DNA of 64,000 bases from Lepidodermella squamata (taxonomy: Eukaryota; Animalia; Gastrotricha). Positions 35,576 through 48,022 of the stretch are shown here, piece after piece (position 1 is the first letter of the stretch; each line of letters begins with the position of its first letter). The translations under genes were made by a program, and so were the position numbers. The DNA is taken from positions 1,922,001 through 1,986,000 of the forward strand of contig JBLDXI010000024.1 of assembly GCA_047495785.1 (NCBI GenBank), read 5' to 3'. The notes below the pieces were generated by a model, which was not told the origin of the DNA, did no database searches, and was given only the letters and a program-made list of their open reading frames with translations.

Positions 35576-37606
35576 CTAATTAGGCCGAAGACTACCTTGG
35601 AAAGCAAGAATCATATGCTCCTCGAAAATCGCAATAACCAACATAAGGCCGAAGCCTAACAACAGTCCGATATTTTGACACGCAAAATATGTCCAAAATT
35701 TGCCTCGAACACGGGTGAGTTCCGGCATCTGTTAATTGCGATTAAACAAATTAAATAAATTATGAGGATAAAATGTATAAATCACCATCTCAGTCAATGC
35801 GACGTAAATAAACATGCCAGCCGTAAGCGCGTAAATCCACTGTCTCGCTTCCTCATCCGCCCCGATTCCTAACCCGATGTATAGCCCACCGAGGGCTAGA
35901 AGTGAATGAATAATATTCCAAATAATAGCGCCGCGCCACGTTACGCCAGCTGTTAGCAATGCGGCGAAATCGCCGACTTCATGCGGAACTTCGTGGCAAC
36001 AAATTGCGATTGAAGTCGAAAGACCGGACAAAATATCACCCGAAAAGGCAGCGCCAATAGCTATGCCATCAATCACGTTGTGAATCGCATCGCCGACTAT
36101 AACCATCCAGCCTAAAGATTTTTTCGGAATTAATTCCTCTAATAATGTCGGCCCTGTTTCCTCCTCGATTTTCGCCTGCTGCTCATCTTCATGACAGTGG
36201 GGTAGAGGGGCTCTTTTTTGGATGACGACATTATCCATGTCAATCGTAGCAGTTGAAGCGCGAATTTGATTTGCTTCGATATTGCAGACAACATTTTCGT
36301 CGTTAACTGTTTTATTTGTGACTGTAAGCTCCGATACCCGATCGCTCATTTCTTGCCGTTCAGTATCAGTCAACTCGGGGTCCTTATGTCCTGCTGAATG
36401 AGAATGAGCGTGGCCAGATTTTCGCTTTTTTAATTTGGAAAAATCAGGCATGTGTGAATGACCATGTCCGTGACCCTGAAATTTAGAAAAAATTTAAAAT
36501 TTAAAAATTTAAAATCATTAAAAAATTTAATAAATTTAATAAATTTTAAAATCTAATTCAATTACATCATCTTCCATTTTCGCATGATGTCGGCCACTAA
36601 TTAGCATCTCGAACCTGAAAAAAAGAGAAAGGGCTATCGAGATGACCTATATATTTTGGAAAAAAAATTACAAATAAAATGCGTAAAGGGCTGAGACCAC
36701 TACAAGCTGCTTTAGGACATAGTCCTCGACTTTGATAGCAAGATCCTCATCTTCTAACAGCTCCGCGTCAGAATGGGCGTGAACTCCGACAGCTTGTGGC
36801 AAAAGATGGAGAAATGCATCGCCGATCATTGTTGAAGTCGATAGCGCCCTGAAGTACAAATTTAGGTTAATTTAACTAAAATTTTGTAGCCTCACATCAA
36901 ACAGCTCATTATGTATCGGTAACTTTGACGCTTAGTCGATGGAATCAAGGCAATGAATACAAATGGGAGGCAGCTGATTGCAACAACAGCAAGGGTCCCA
37001 TAACCGTATCCTATGAAGGTACAATTTATCTAATTTTTAAAATAGATTTTTCCAAATATTTACGCTCTTCGATCGATGGCACTGAGTATGTACTGTTATG
37101 CTCATCAGAAGGTTCGCAAGCTTTGGATATTTGCTGCTGGATAAGTGCTGGGAGCATCGCTGTGAGATTCTCATAAGTGATAAAACGGATCTCCTCATGG
37201 CTATGGTCGCTTTCATCGCCATCGATTCCGTAAATGTGTAAAAGTTGTTCGGATGAGAAACAAACTTCGTCGTTGTGATGGTCGTGATCACTGTTACGAG
37301 GGACACTTTTCAGATATCGACGGTCGTGTTCATGGTCATCGTGATGCGACGCGTTCTGCATTGAACCGATTTTCAAAGCCTCCAAAAGGCTTTCAAAAGC
37401 TTGACATGAAGAGGAATAACTAAGCTTTTCGGAAAATTAGTCCTTGTTTTACCTTTGCTAGAGATTAAGTTTGAACTTTCATCCATCTTCAGCCATTCTT
37501 GAAGGAGCTCCTCAAAATATTCGGGCGAGTAATCACCAGAATGTCGGACGGAATCGGCAGTTCCGAGAATTATTAAAAATATAAACCAAAATGAAGATCG
37601 ACGCAT
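35576..37606 (-). CDS. ZIP (SLC39, LIV-1 subfamily) zinc transporter C
   Basis: Signal peptide MRRSSFWFIFLIILGTA, MLPALIQQQ, IGDAFLHLLPQA, CCHEVPHEVGD. Confidence 0.93.
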
Positions 37607-38223
37607 CCTTCTCTCTTCCTAAATCAGTCGAACACAAAATCTTATAAAAATATTTCGAAGTTTTTTTAGCCTATTAGGTACTACAACCAAGAAATCCAGG
37701 AAAATGGGATCCTTAATAGGCCATGAGCCCAATAAAAATCGTGGCCAGTAAAATATTTGAATGAATGGATAATATTAATTAAAAATCAAGAGTTGAAGTA
37801 GTGAACAGGAATAGAAAAAATTTAAAATTTAATCAAAAATCCAAAAAATACCCGATAATTTTGAACTTATCCGGAAAATCGCGGATATTGTTGGGAAATG
37901 CTCCGGTTGGTTTGATACATTTTTAAAAAACTTTCCGCAAAATCAGAAAATTAAGTACCGTGATGCTGTATTTTGACATTATTGCTGAATATTTTGCAAG
38001 GCGGATATTTTCCAAGAAGTCAAAGTTCGGCGCAGCCGTTGTTGGCAGGCTTTTAAGAGATAAGAATTCTTGCCCTAAAAATACCAGCTTTATCTGATAA
38101 ATTCCGGTTTCCCGCCCATATCTCAACACGATTGCTCGTATTTTGATAATAGCTGATAACAATACCACAGAAAAAGACGCTTTGCCATTGGTGAAAAAAT
38201 TGATTTATTTTCTTTCAAAAAAC

Positions 38224-39832
38224 TTAAATTGGAAATGAGCATCCACGAAGGTTTTGAAGCACAAACCACGGCTGATAAGTCCAATCTCGCCGGTTGCAAT
38301 CCGTCAAATTGAAGCTTTCATACTCGACAAGCCGGAAGCATTCTGTCACCAGCGAATAACGAACCGCACCGTAGAATCGCTGGTAATTAAAGTCGAGACA
38401 ATCGCCATCAACTGGCACGCTAATTAACGCTAAACCGCCTGGTTTTACCAAACAGCTCAACTTCGCCATTTCCATGAGATCGCCGTCAGGATTCAACGCA
38501 TCGCCATACCGGCCTAGACCAGCGTGTTCGATGTTCGAGAAAGAAATAGCTAGATCAAACGGTTCTTGGGCCAAGAACTCTAGATTATCAGGGTGGGTGT
38601 ACCTCAGCCTAGGGTGATCTTCAGGCAGCGCCAGGCCAATGTCGAAATACGTTACTGAAGTAACCACACCAGAGCCTCGCAAAACCAGCTCATACTCAAT
38701 CCACGGATATTGGGAACCAATTACAAGAACGCGTTTGCTCTTGATAAAACGGTTGTATTTATCGAGAAAATGCCGAAATGCCTTCAGTCCCCTTGAAAAA
38801 TGAACCGAGTAGTGAAACGAGTCTTTCAAATCACTCCGCTGAAGTTTCCGCAGGTAATCTCTAGGTATCGTTAGTTCGATCAGCGATTTCCATTGCTTCA
38901 TCATTTTTTCCTCGCCAACTTTTTCGAGCCGGGAATCTTCGCGAATTTTCGTCTCGTAAAATCTGTACCAGTTCTGGGCGAGAAATTTATCGCGTTCGCC
39001 GTCATGCCAAACTTGGGCGAGTTCACCCTTCGCAAATCGAGTTTCGTATTTTTCAATCCGTTTAAAAAGGGATGTTGTTAAATGACTACGCCATTCCAAC
39101 GTGTGATTCTTCAAAATTGTAGCCAATAAACCAGGATTGACGAGAAATTTCGCGTAAGAATGGTCGAGATCGTTCGAAATATCCGGCTTAAACTCGCTGG
39201 AAAAAACCGCCATCGTCTGGGCAGTTGTGTCGATTTTCGCTATTAAGAAGTAATTTTTGTAGTCTTCCCAACGATCGAACCAGGCTGGCACGGTGGTTTT
39301 GGCGATTTCGGCTGGTTTGTACGACCAATGTGAAGATTCAATGTCGATAATATCACAGGTTGAGTGGGAACTCAGTTCGGAATCCAGGAGAAGATCGTCG
39401 CGACATCGTGCGCAAAAGCCGGGTACCAACTTGGTACTGTGTTCTGTCGGTCTAATATAAAATTTTATTATTCAATTAATTAAATTTATTTATTAATTTT
39501 AAATTATTTATTAAATAGAAATATACAAGTTAAGGAAGATTTTTTAAATTTCTCACATTTTTTTCAAATTGAAAATTTGAAATTTGAAATTTCTGAAATT
39601 TCTTGAAAATTGAAGATTGAAATTTGGAGCGTTTTCTGAACATTTTATAAAGTATTTGCTAAATTTTTAAATCCTATATAATGATATAGAATTACCTTGC
39701 AGTGGATTTGTTTGATGAATCTTGGCCCGACCAGTTAAATTTAATCCATAGAAGAAGCGAAATAGTGATGACGACGCAGATTGATGTTAAAATTCGTTCA
39801 CCGCCGCATCTTCGACGGAACCTGAACAGCAT
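38224..39832 (-). CDS. DUF268-family SAM-dependent methyltransferase-like protein, type II membrane topology
   Basis: Exon 1 (~39695-39832) MLFRFRRR...ILTSICVVITISLLLWI (signal anchor); exon 2 has VLVIGSQYPWIE and FSNIEHAGLGRYGDALNPDGDL...LVKPGGL, the DUF268 signature. Confidence 0.85.
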
Positions 39833-41093
39833 GCCAAGTATCAAATTTACAACCGCTCGGCTACATGAAACAGCTTTTTCGGCAGCGAAACGTAATTGAG
39901 TTGTATTTTTCCTGCATGAAACTATGAACTGGTCTAATTGCGTTGCGGCTTTAATTTTCGAAATAATTATTGCGAAAAACTATTACAACAATTGCAGACT
40001 GCAAACAATTGTTTTTCGGTAGTATTATTTTTATTAAAAGAATAAAATCTGGTAAACAAAAGTGAAATATATTAGTGGTGAAAGCCTGCTTTTGAGAGGC
40101 ACAACCACACAACGTAGCATTATACCCAGCATCAACGGCGCTCACATTGAATTATTATTAATTTTATTGTATTATTTAATTCTTATTCACACTTTTGTAG
40201 TTTCGGGCTCTCTGCGCTATGGTATACTTGATAAGTCGCGCTTTATTAGGGCTATTTTATTGAGTACACTCGCGCATGCTACGCAAAACTGGTGAGGAAA
40301 TGAAGTTTAAGCGCGCACCCGCTGTCGCGTCGGGGAAATGGCCACGCCACACACACTCACACACACTCACTCACTCGACTGCGCTTTTAGAATTTTCAAA
40401 AATTTTGTTGATTTTGCACTATACACTACGCCAACTGCCGCTGAAAATTGCCATGGCGCATCCTTGTTTGCAATTTGAATCCCAATTGAATCCAAAACCC
40501 AGAGTGAAGCGGCGATGCATTTCATTTCACAGATGACAGAAAGTTTAGCTAGAGAGTTGTCAGAAACGGGCACAATAATTGAAGTAAGTTGAGATAATTG
40601 GTGAGGATCAGAGAAATATGATTGAAAACGCTGTAGTTTGGGATCAGATAGACAGGTTCATGTTGCTTTGCATTCGACATTTATTCGGGCTGAGTTTCGG
40701 CAGAGGTGAACTGGTATTAGCGATTACAGATCCACCTGAGTAATCGAGTGTAGCAGCAGCGAAATTGACCGCAGTCGATTTCGCGACGCCTCGTAACTTA
40801 TCGCTATCGCAGCATTGACTGTCGCGCAAGAGCACTCCGAAAAAACTGAGCCCGAGAAATTTCGAATTTCGGACAATCCAGTGTCGGAAATGTTCGGTTG
40901 TCGGTTTGTCCGGACAGATTTAATTGAGAATATCTCATTATTTATTGCAACCGGTTCGATGTGAGCAAATAAGCAATTAAAACAGAATCTCGAAGATCTT
41001 CTATTCAATTTAAAATAAACCTAAAGAGTGCCTTTTCTGATCTGCGTTTTCCCCGGCTGTGCTTTTTGCTTTTACATTCTTGAAACAGAAATA

Positions 41094-42832
41094 ATGGATT
41101 CAGTTGCTGTTACATTCGCCATTGTTACTATTTTGATAGCAGAAGAATGTCTGGCGATGAGCCGAATGGATGTACCGTCTAACTGGCAACTAGTTCCAGA
41201 ATTCACTTTGAGAGATGGAGATGCCAGTACGTCGCCTAACAACAGACATTTGTGATAATCTCTTGGCTTGATTGGGTTTCTTTTTCATTAAGAAAATTTC
41301 GTTCCAATCGTTTCGAATGGCACGTCACCGACAAAGCAACAGAACAATAGCTTCGTACTTATGCAAACCACTTCACCACTTGGTTCATACTCAGCATTAA
41401 AATCAGCTCTATCGATACCACCGTCATACCTTCAGAACGGATTCGCGGTTGATGTCACTCTTATGGTCAAGGAGGGGCGTAAGGGAGACGGCTTTGGTAT
41501 CTTTGTTGTACCCATCGAAGGAATAACAACAAACTACTCTTCTAGTATGATCGCACTTTTTCTGATGAATGTTATTGAATATTATTCTTACAATGCAGAG
41601 AGTTGTGCTGGGATAACGATGGCTTTTCCAGGTGGTTTGTTTCTGTACGGAAGACCTTATTATTCCGATGTGTCTCTGGCGTATTCGCGCACTGCCTCAA
41701 CCAAGACCTCATACGACAAATCTCTTCAAGTGGGATCCGCCCAGAATGGCACGCTTCAAATGCTATACGACCGATTCGGCCTCGTGAGGCTTGTTGTCTC
41801 TAACGACCAAGTTAGCGTGTATGTGGATGTCGATGGAGATATCCGAACGATAGGAAATGGTACCATAGGCGTTCCAGGTGTCAGTCAAGGCGGGCCCTAC
41901 TATATGGGTGTTGGAGCGCAAGCTTACGGGTCAGCTTCCGGCGTAATTTTGAAGTCGATCGAGACTTATCAAATAAACGGACAGACCTATACAACAACGA
42001 CAACTACGACCAACCTTCCAGCTAGCACTACTTCTGTGGTAAGTTCAGAGAAATCAGAGAAATAGTAACGCTTCCTATATCAAACTCTCCGACCTATGCC
42101 TCAACATTTCCATTAACTGAACAGACGGGAACCACCCAACCAAACACAAGCAACGGCGCCCAAATAAAAACCTCCGCATCAGTTTCCCTGTCGGCTGATG
42201 CAGCAACTAAACTTCCAGAGATGCCAACTTCAAACATGGCTCTAAAGTTAGTGCCATCTTCTACGGTTCAAGCATGCAATTGCAGAATTACAAGTTAATT
42301 AATTCTAATTTCTAATCTAATTTATAAATAAGCATAGAATCCTTCTTCAGTTAATGGAACCATTCAGGTGACCGACTTAGTTACGGCTGATGGGAAGTCG
42401 ATTAGTGGCGATCCATGGCCACAAGATCTTAACAGTCCTTCAAGCAACCTTTATATCCAGGCTGTCGGCATTTTCAAGCCAGCCATCGTCCTAATTTACA
42501 GCACTACTGGTCAGTTCTGTGAGATCAACGTCACCATCACGGGTTTCAGGAAAGGAAGCGTGATTTCTGATTATATTGTCGCCCTGAGGAGTTTAACTCA
42601 ACTCAGAGAGGAAGAAATTAATGAGAAGGTAAAAATAGCTGTAGCTACGCTGCAAGCTGCTGCGTCTTCATCTCTCGCGAGTTCGTTAAATATGAAGAAC
42701 GTAATATCAGTGCGCCACTCAGGTGTCGCGATCATAGAGACTAAAGCTACGACTCCAGTGAATTCAGCTTTGATAAATTATCCTACGCTAACAAGTATTA
42801 TAAGCGCGATTAGCTGGTTGGCAAATAAATAA
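41094..42832 (+). CDS. L-type lectin - Ser/Thr stalk - SEA domain - hydrophobic tail protein (apparent frameshift/stop near 42063)
   Basis: Signal peptide; GDGFGIFVVP; PYYMGVGA...LKSIETY; SEA with GFRKGSVISDY; the ST-rich stalk continues in a different frame after TAG at 42063-42065. Confidence 0.7.
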
Positions 42833-42964
42833 GAAAATATCTGAATGCTGAATGTGAATGTGTGTATTGGTTCAAAATTAAATAGTTTATCATACGACAT
42901 ACATAGTCTTCCTTTTCAATTCCTGATATTCATAAAGTGTACATCGTACATGAGATAAAGAATA

Positions 42965-43599
42965 GGGAGCATCCATAAAAGACGTCCGGCTAAAAAGGCA
43001 TTTTTTTGACCCCTCCCCCCGCTGATGTCACATCTGCCGAACCCCCTCCTTTTCGCATGTCACAAACAGGTCACCCCCCCCCCCTGTTTTCGACAAAAAA
43101 GACACTATTTTTCGCTTATTTTTCATTCAATTTTACATAGTATGACACAAAGTTACGCACGCGCAGGTGATAGGTAAAAGCTTATGGCACCTCCCTAAGT
43201 CAACTTAGACAGCAGCGGATGTGGTAAATCACTATCGAGCATTTGTGCATACAAAAGTGTAGTAATGCTGCGCTCTCAAAATTATAAGCGGACAATGACG
43301 GAAATTAGTGACAATAATCATGACGTGATCAAACAACTTTGAATTTTCAATAGCAACACCTAGCACCTTAGGATAGCGCTGATAATTTTTAGGACCCCCG
43401 TCGCAAAACACCAGGTTTCAAAACTCGGGAAATTGAAACATCTGTTGCAAATACGCCGCGTGTGATTGCGCACTTGGCTTAATAAAAATTAGAGATAATC
43501 TCTTGTGTCCGGTCTCGCTAGACCCCCCTTAGTCTCGAGTCACACTTTGGTCGACCCCTCCCCCCCCTCGGAAGCCGGACGTCTTTTATGGATGCTCCC
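42965..43599. mobile_element. PIF/Harbinger-type MITE
   Basis: Perfect 27-bp TIR GGGAGCATCCATAAAAGACGTCCGGCT; 3-bp flanking repeat ATA at 42962-42964 and 43600-43602. Confidence 0.85.
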
Positions 43600-43630
43600 A
43601 TAACAGTTTAAAGGCAAAATCAGTCGATAA

Positions 43631-45451
43631 TTAATAAATAAGTTTGCAAATACATAACACAACTAGCAAGTTCAAGCTGACGTTAATTTGTATGGCCGAT
43701 CCATCGTTGCTACTATCAGCAATCGGCGGGCTCGTCGGCTTCTCAGCATTTGCAGTGCCTCCGGTATGACTCATAGATGAAACCTCTTTGAAAAAAGAGC
43801 TTTGATTGGTTGACGCTGTCTTCAGTTTCGTCACAGCCTGTTCGACCTTCCGTTGAATTTCTGACTCAGTCATTTGGGTCAAACTTCGGAGTGCAACAAT
43901 GTAATCAGAGATCACACTACCCTTTCGAAAGCTAGTAATCGTGACGTCGATTTTACTGAACAGATTCGTTGAGTTGTAAATAAGAACAATAGCCGGCTTG
44001 AATATAGCTTCAGCGCCTTTGAATAACGGGCTGTTGTTATTGCTTAAATCTGAGGGCCAGGGTTCACTGTTTATTGAGGTCCCATTGGACAGGGTGAAAT
44101 TCCCAACTCGAAGCGTGCCATTCCCTACAACACAAACCTGATATGAAAAGCGGCAACGGGAAGAAATATTACCTTTAAAGTCCAGATGGTCTAGCAAATT
44201 TGGCGATGAAGAAGTTAACAATAGGGATGAGGATGATTTTGAAGGGTTCGAAGAGACGGTTGATACTGATGGACCTGTCGCTGTTTGCTGCGACTTTGTT
44301 CCGCCTGTCATTGTTGAACCAGTACTAGCAGCGTTAGGAGAGGTTTTGGCACTAACTCCTCTCGATACCGTTGGTACGCTCGTGCTTGTGGCTGCAGATT
44401 GCGTTGATGCAGGATCTACTTTTGTCAATACTGGTGAAGTGATGGTAGCTGTAGCAGTTGTTGTGGTGCTAGTTTGAGGAGACGTGACTGCGGAACTGCT
44501 TGTTGTCGGGCAAGAATTCGGTCCGTATAATGTCACGGCAGTCGTTTGCGGGCCACAAGTCATCGCATCCGTATTTTTTCCAATGATTTGGTACGTCTGT
44601 ATCGACTTCAAATACACGGCTGAAATGTAGAATCCCGACATCGCGCCCACGCCCAAGTGTAACGGTGCTTTCGTACTCAAACCACTCAAGGTTATTGGGT
44701 TGGTACCGACCGTTCGCATTTGAGAGTTGACACAAACGTAAGTGCTGACCGAGTCCAACTCGACAACCAGACGGACAAGACCGAAAATGTCGTTGAACAT
44801 TGCAACTGTACCGTTTGGAGCCGTGCCTTTAACCAATGTTGGATCGATAACCTGTACAGACACAGGATCTTGCGAATAGGCTAATTGCACATCGCCATAA
44901 AACGGTCTAGCGTATAAAAACAGTCCACCTTGAAAATTTTCCGTCGTTCCCCATTTGCTCGCTAAAAAAGAGTTATAAATAAATTTTATAATTATAGCTT
45001 GCCTAACGTTTTGAACGGTTTTGTGATAGACCAATAGGAGGCACCAGGTAAAGGGCAAAACCATCGCCTTTAGAGTTTTCAACTATTTTGATAGTCAAGT
45101 CGATCGCGAAGCCAGTTCCAGCCTTCCAAAGCGAAATGGGAAGAGGCGAGGAGGAGTGAAATGCTGAGTAAGCGTCCTGAGACCCAAGCGGCATGAGTTG
45201 ATACGATTTATCATTCTGAAACTTCGGCGAAACAGATTGAGAGACAATAGTGTCAAAATAAGCTGTGACAACGAAGAGATGGACTATAACTAAATTATCA
45301 TTGAAGACAACGGGAACGAACATGCATCACCGTTGACCAAGCTGAACTGAGGCAGAGGACACCAATTCGACGGGATGTTCATTTGACAAAATGTCAGCCG
45401 CAGCATAACACTGCATGCAACAATAACTGACCAGACAAGTTGCGACAGCAT
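43631..45451 (-). CDS. L-type lectin - mucin stalk - SEA - putative GPI-signal protein (apparently intact)
   Basis: MLSQLVWSVIVACSVMLRLTFC signal; KGDGFALYLVP; LHLGVGA; ST-rich stalk; SFRKGSVISDY; C-terminus LNLLVVLCICKLIY. Confidence 0.8.
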
Positions 45452-45536
45452 TATAGAAAATCAGGAGAAAGGTCTCGAAATTAGTGTACCCTGTAACCTG
45501 GAACCTTCTTCGAAGCCTGACACGATAATAATTCCT

Positions 45537-45592
45537 TGTTTACTTCTCATCAGTATCAAACGATGCGCATTCTATATCGAGGCTTCATAATT
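45537..45592 (-). promoter_or_regulatory. Conserved upstream element shared by lectin-family paralogs
   Basis: TGTTTACTTCT(C/T)AT at 45537, 53204, 61419 and 62372, each ~75-110 bp upstream of the ATG; AGGCTTCATAATT follows in three of them. Confidence 0.45.
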
Positions 45593-45987
45593 GGCACACA
45601 GCTAGCGCCTTGGCGCTTAACAAACTCAGTCGCACGATGTTTGCGTGAAAAATACCGGGAACATCCAAATTGTTAACGACTTCAACATAATCAATCGTTT
45701 TCATATCCTTCGAAATTTCGCTTTGGGTTTTTCGAAATTATCTGACTTTCACGAAATGATCAAGCGTTACCATTAAGACTATAGAATATGATACTTGCTT
45801 TTTTAGTTCCGGCTCTTAATTCGGAATTTTAACAATTAGTAAAAGTAACAGTTGACATATTTCTAAAAATTGAAAAATCCTGTTTACAATAACGCCGGAA
45901 ATCAGAGAAAAGTGAAAACGGGAAAATGCTCCAGTAATAGCTGAATTTTGAAGAATGTTTGTTGTTTGTCTCTGCAGATTTTAAAAT

Positions 45988-47847
45988 CTAAATAAAATGA
46001 TTAAAAACTCGAAAGAACGAAACGAAAATAAAAATGATAGGTTTGTACTCTGGTGCGGTGGAAACATGTTTTGGGTCAATACTCGGTCGGGTCGAACTAC
46101 TGCTTGTGATTGCTGATCCACCTGAATGTTTCATGGTAGTAGCTGAAAAATCGACCCCACTCGATGTTATAGTGCCGCGTAATTTCGCTATAGCTGCATT
46201 GACTTTGATTTGAATTTCAGCCTCCGTAAGCTGCGTCAAACTTCTCAGAGCGACAATATAGTCTGAGATGATGCTGCCTTTCCTGAAGCCAGTTATCGTA
46301 ACCTTTACTTCAGTGAATTTGCCAGTGGTATAGATAAGCTCAATAGCAGGCTTAACGGCAGCTTCTATTTCCTTGTAGAGTTGGCTTGATGCATTATTGA
46401 GATCGTTGGGCCACGGCTCGCCAGTTAACTCAGTGCCATTGGTAAGTGCGACAGCATTAGCCCGAAGCGCTCCATCACCTGCAATTAAACAAATTCTTGC
46501 GATTAATGCCAACTTATAATGCTAAAAAATGTCGATAATAGTTTCCTCCGCGAAAAATGTATAAGCGTGACAATCGCAGTAAATTTAGTATACATATGTA
46601 ATAGTATTCAAACGACCCGAGGATTCCCTCTTTAATTGATTGATAGAGGATTGCTCGAAAATGTATTGCTATTTCACTAAGACCTTTACTGCTATTTCAA
46701 TTACCAGTTATGTCGAATCCTGGTTGCGTTGGCGAGGTGGGTTGGCCTTGAATTGGCGATTGTGTTGTAGGACGACTTGAATCTGTATCAGATAACAGAT
46801 AAGGAAGGGGTCGAACGGACTTTGTAGTAGCTTGAGTCTCACCTGTTTTCGCAACCTCAGGTATAGAGGTTGTAGGTGTTGTAGGCGCAGGAGTAGAAGC
46901 TGACAAAGTAGTAGCGGGCGTCGTAGTCGATCCAGTCGTGGAGGGAGGGGCGCGACAATTCTGGGTCTCCGTAGTCGTTCCTACCACTTGATACGTCTCA
47001 ATCGACTTCAATATCACTCCAGATGCACCGCCACCCGACTGAGCACCGACACCTACGTGTTAGGCTTGACCGTAGCTAAACTCCATGAAAGATAATGGTG
47101 CGCTACTAAACATCGTCATTACGCCATTCACACAGAAGGAAATGGTCAATTTGCCATAAGGTTGGAAAAGCATTCTTATTTGGCCGAATGTATCGTAGAA
47201 CGATTCAACAGTTCCTCGTGGGGCATCGAATTGACGTATCGATTGGTCCACAGCTGCTACACTCGTTACACCATATGAGTAAGCAAGAGCCATGTCGCGG
47301 TAGGCAGGACGAGCGTATAGAAGCAGCCCTCCTCCAAACGGTTCCTTCAAAGCGAATTTCGCTTCGTTGCCTTGAAAAACAAATGCATCAAACTAGGCAA
47401 AGCAAAATTATGTTTAAATACTATTAGAACCATTGACAGCCAAACTCGAAGGTGGTACTATAAAAATTGCGAAGCCATCGCCAGTGGTGCCTTGGATAAT
47501 CTTTAATGTTGTATCAATAACGAAGCTGAACATAGGTTGCCAGAACGCAGACGGTAACGGCGTGGCAGTGTAAACACCTGATCCTGCGAAAGTCAAATCC
47601 TCTTTCAGCAGCTGGATTGTTCCATCAGGTAGGACAACCGGCCAGAAATTATAAGAAAAGAATGTGCGGAAGTTCGCTGAAGTAAAATTCCTGAATATTA
47701 AGTGAAGATAAGCTGAGCTATAAACGTACTCATGTCAGCATTCCTCAAGGTGTATTGGTCCTGTGGAGCCCAGTTAGATGGCACTGTGAACTGGCCATCA
47801 CAGCACCATATCATCAACGCTGCTAGCAAAAGCGTCAGCCTAGACAT
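45988..47847 (-). pseudogene. Lectin-mucin-SEA-GPI paralog with an in-frame nonsense codon
   Basis: MSRLTLLLAALMIWCC signal; TGDGFAIFIVP; GQA-TAA-HVGVGA at 47060-47062 where paralogs have Tyr; SEA GFRKGSIISDY intact. Confidence 0.7.
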
Positions 47848-48022
47848 ATGGGATGAGAAAATTCCCCTCTGAAATGGAAAAAATTGTCTACTTTACCCTG
47901 CTCGATACTGAATGGACAATTAAAAATTTCAGACAATTATCGTGCTTTACTTTTCATCATCCGCACTGTAAATACCGGACATATAAACAACAGAAAATTG
48001 GTTTACTGCTTGCAATGATTTG

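Noticed and set aside
39950-41010. Several short ORFs and a CA-rich microsatellite between DUF268 and the first lectin gene
   Set aside because: No recognisable domain or consistent exon chain
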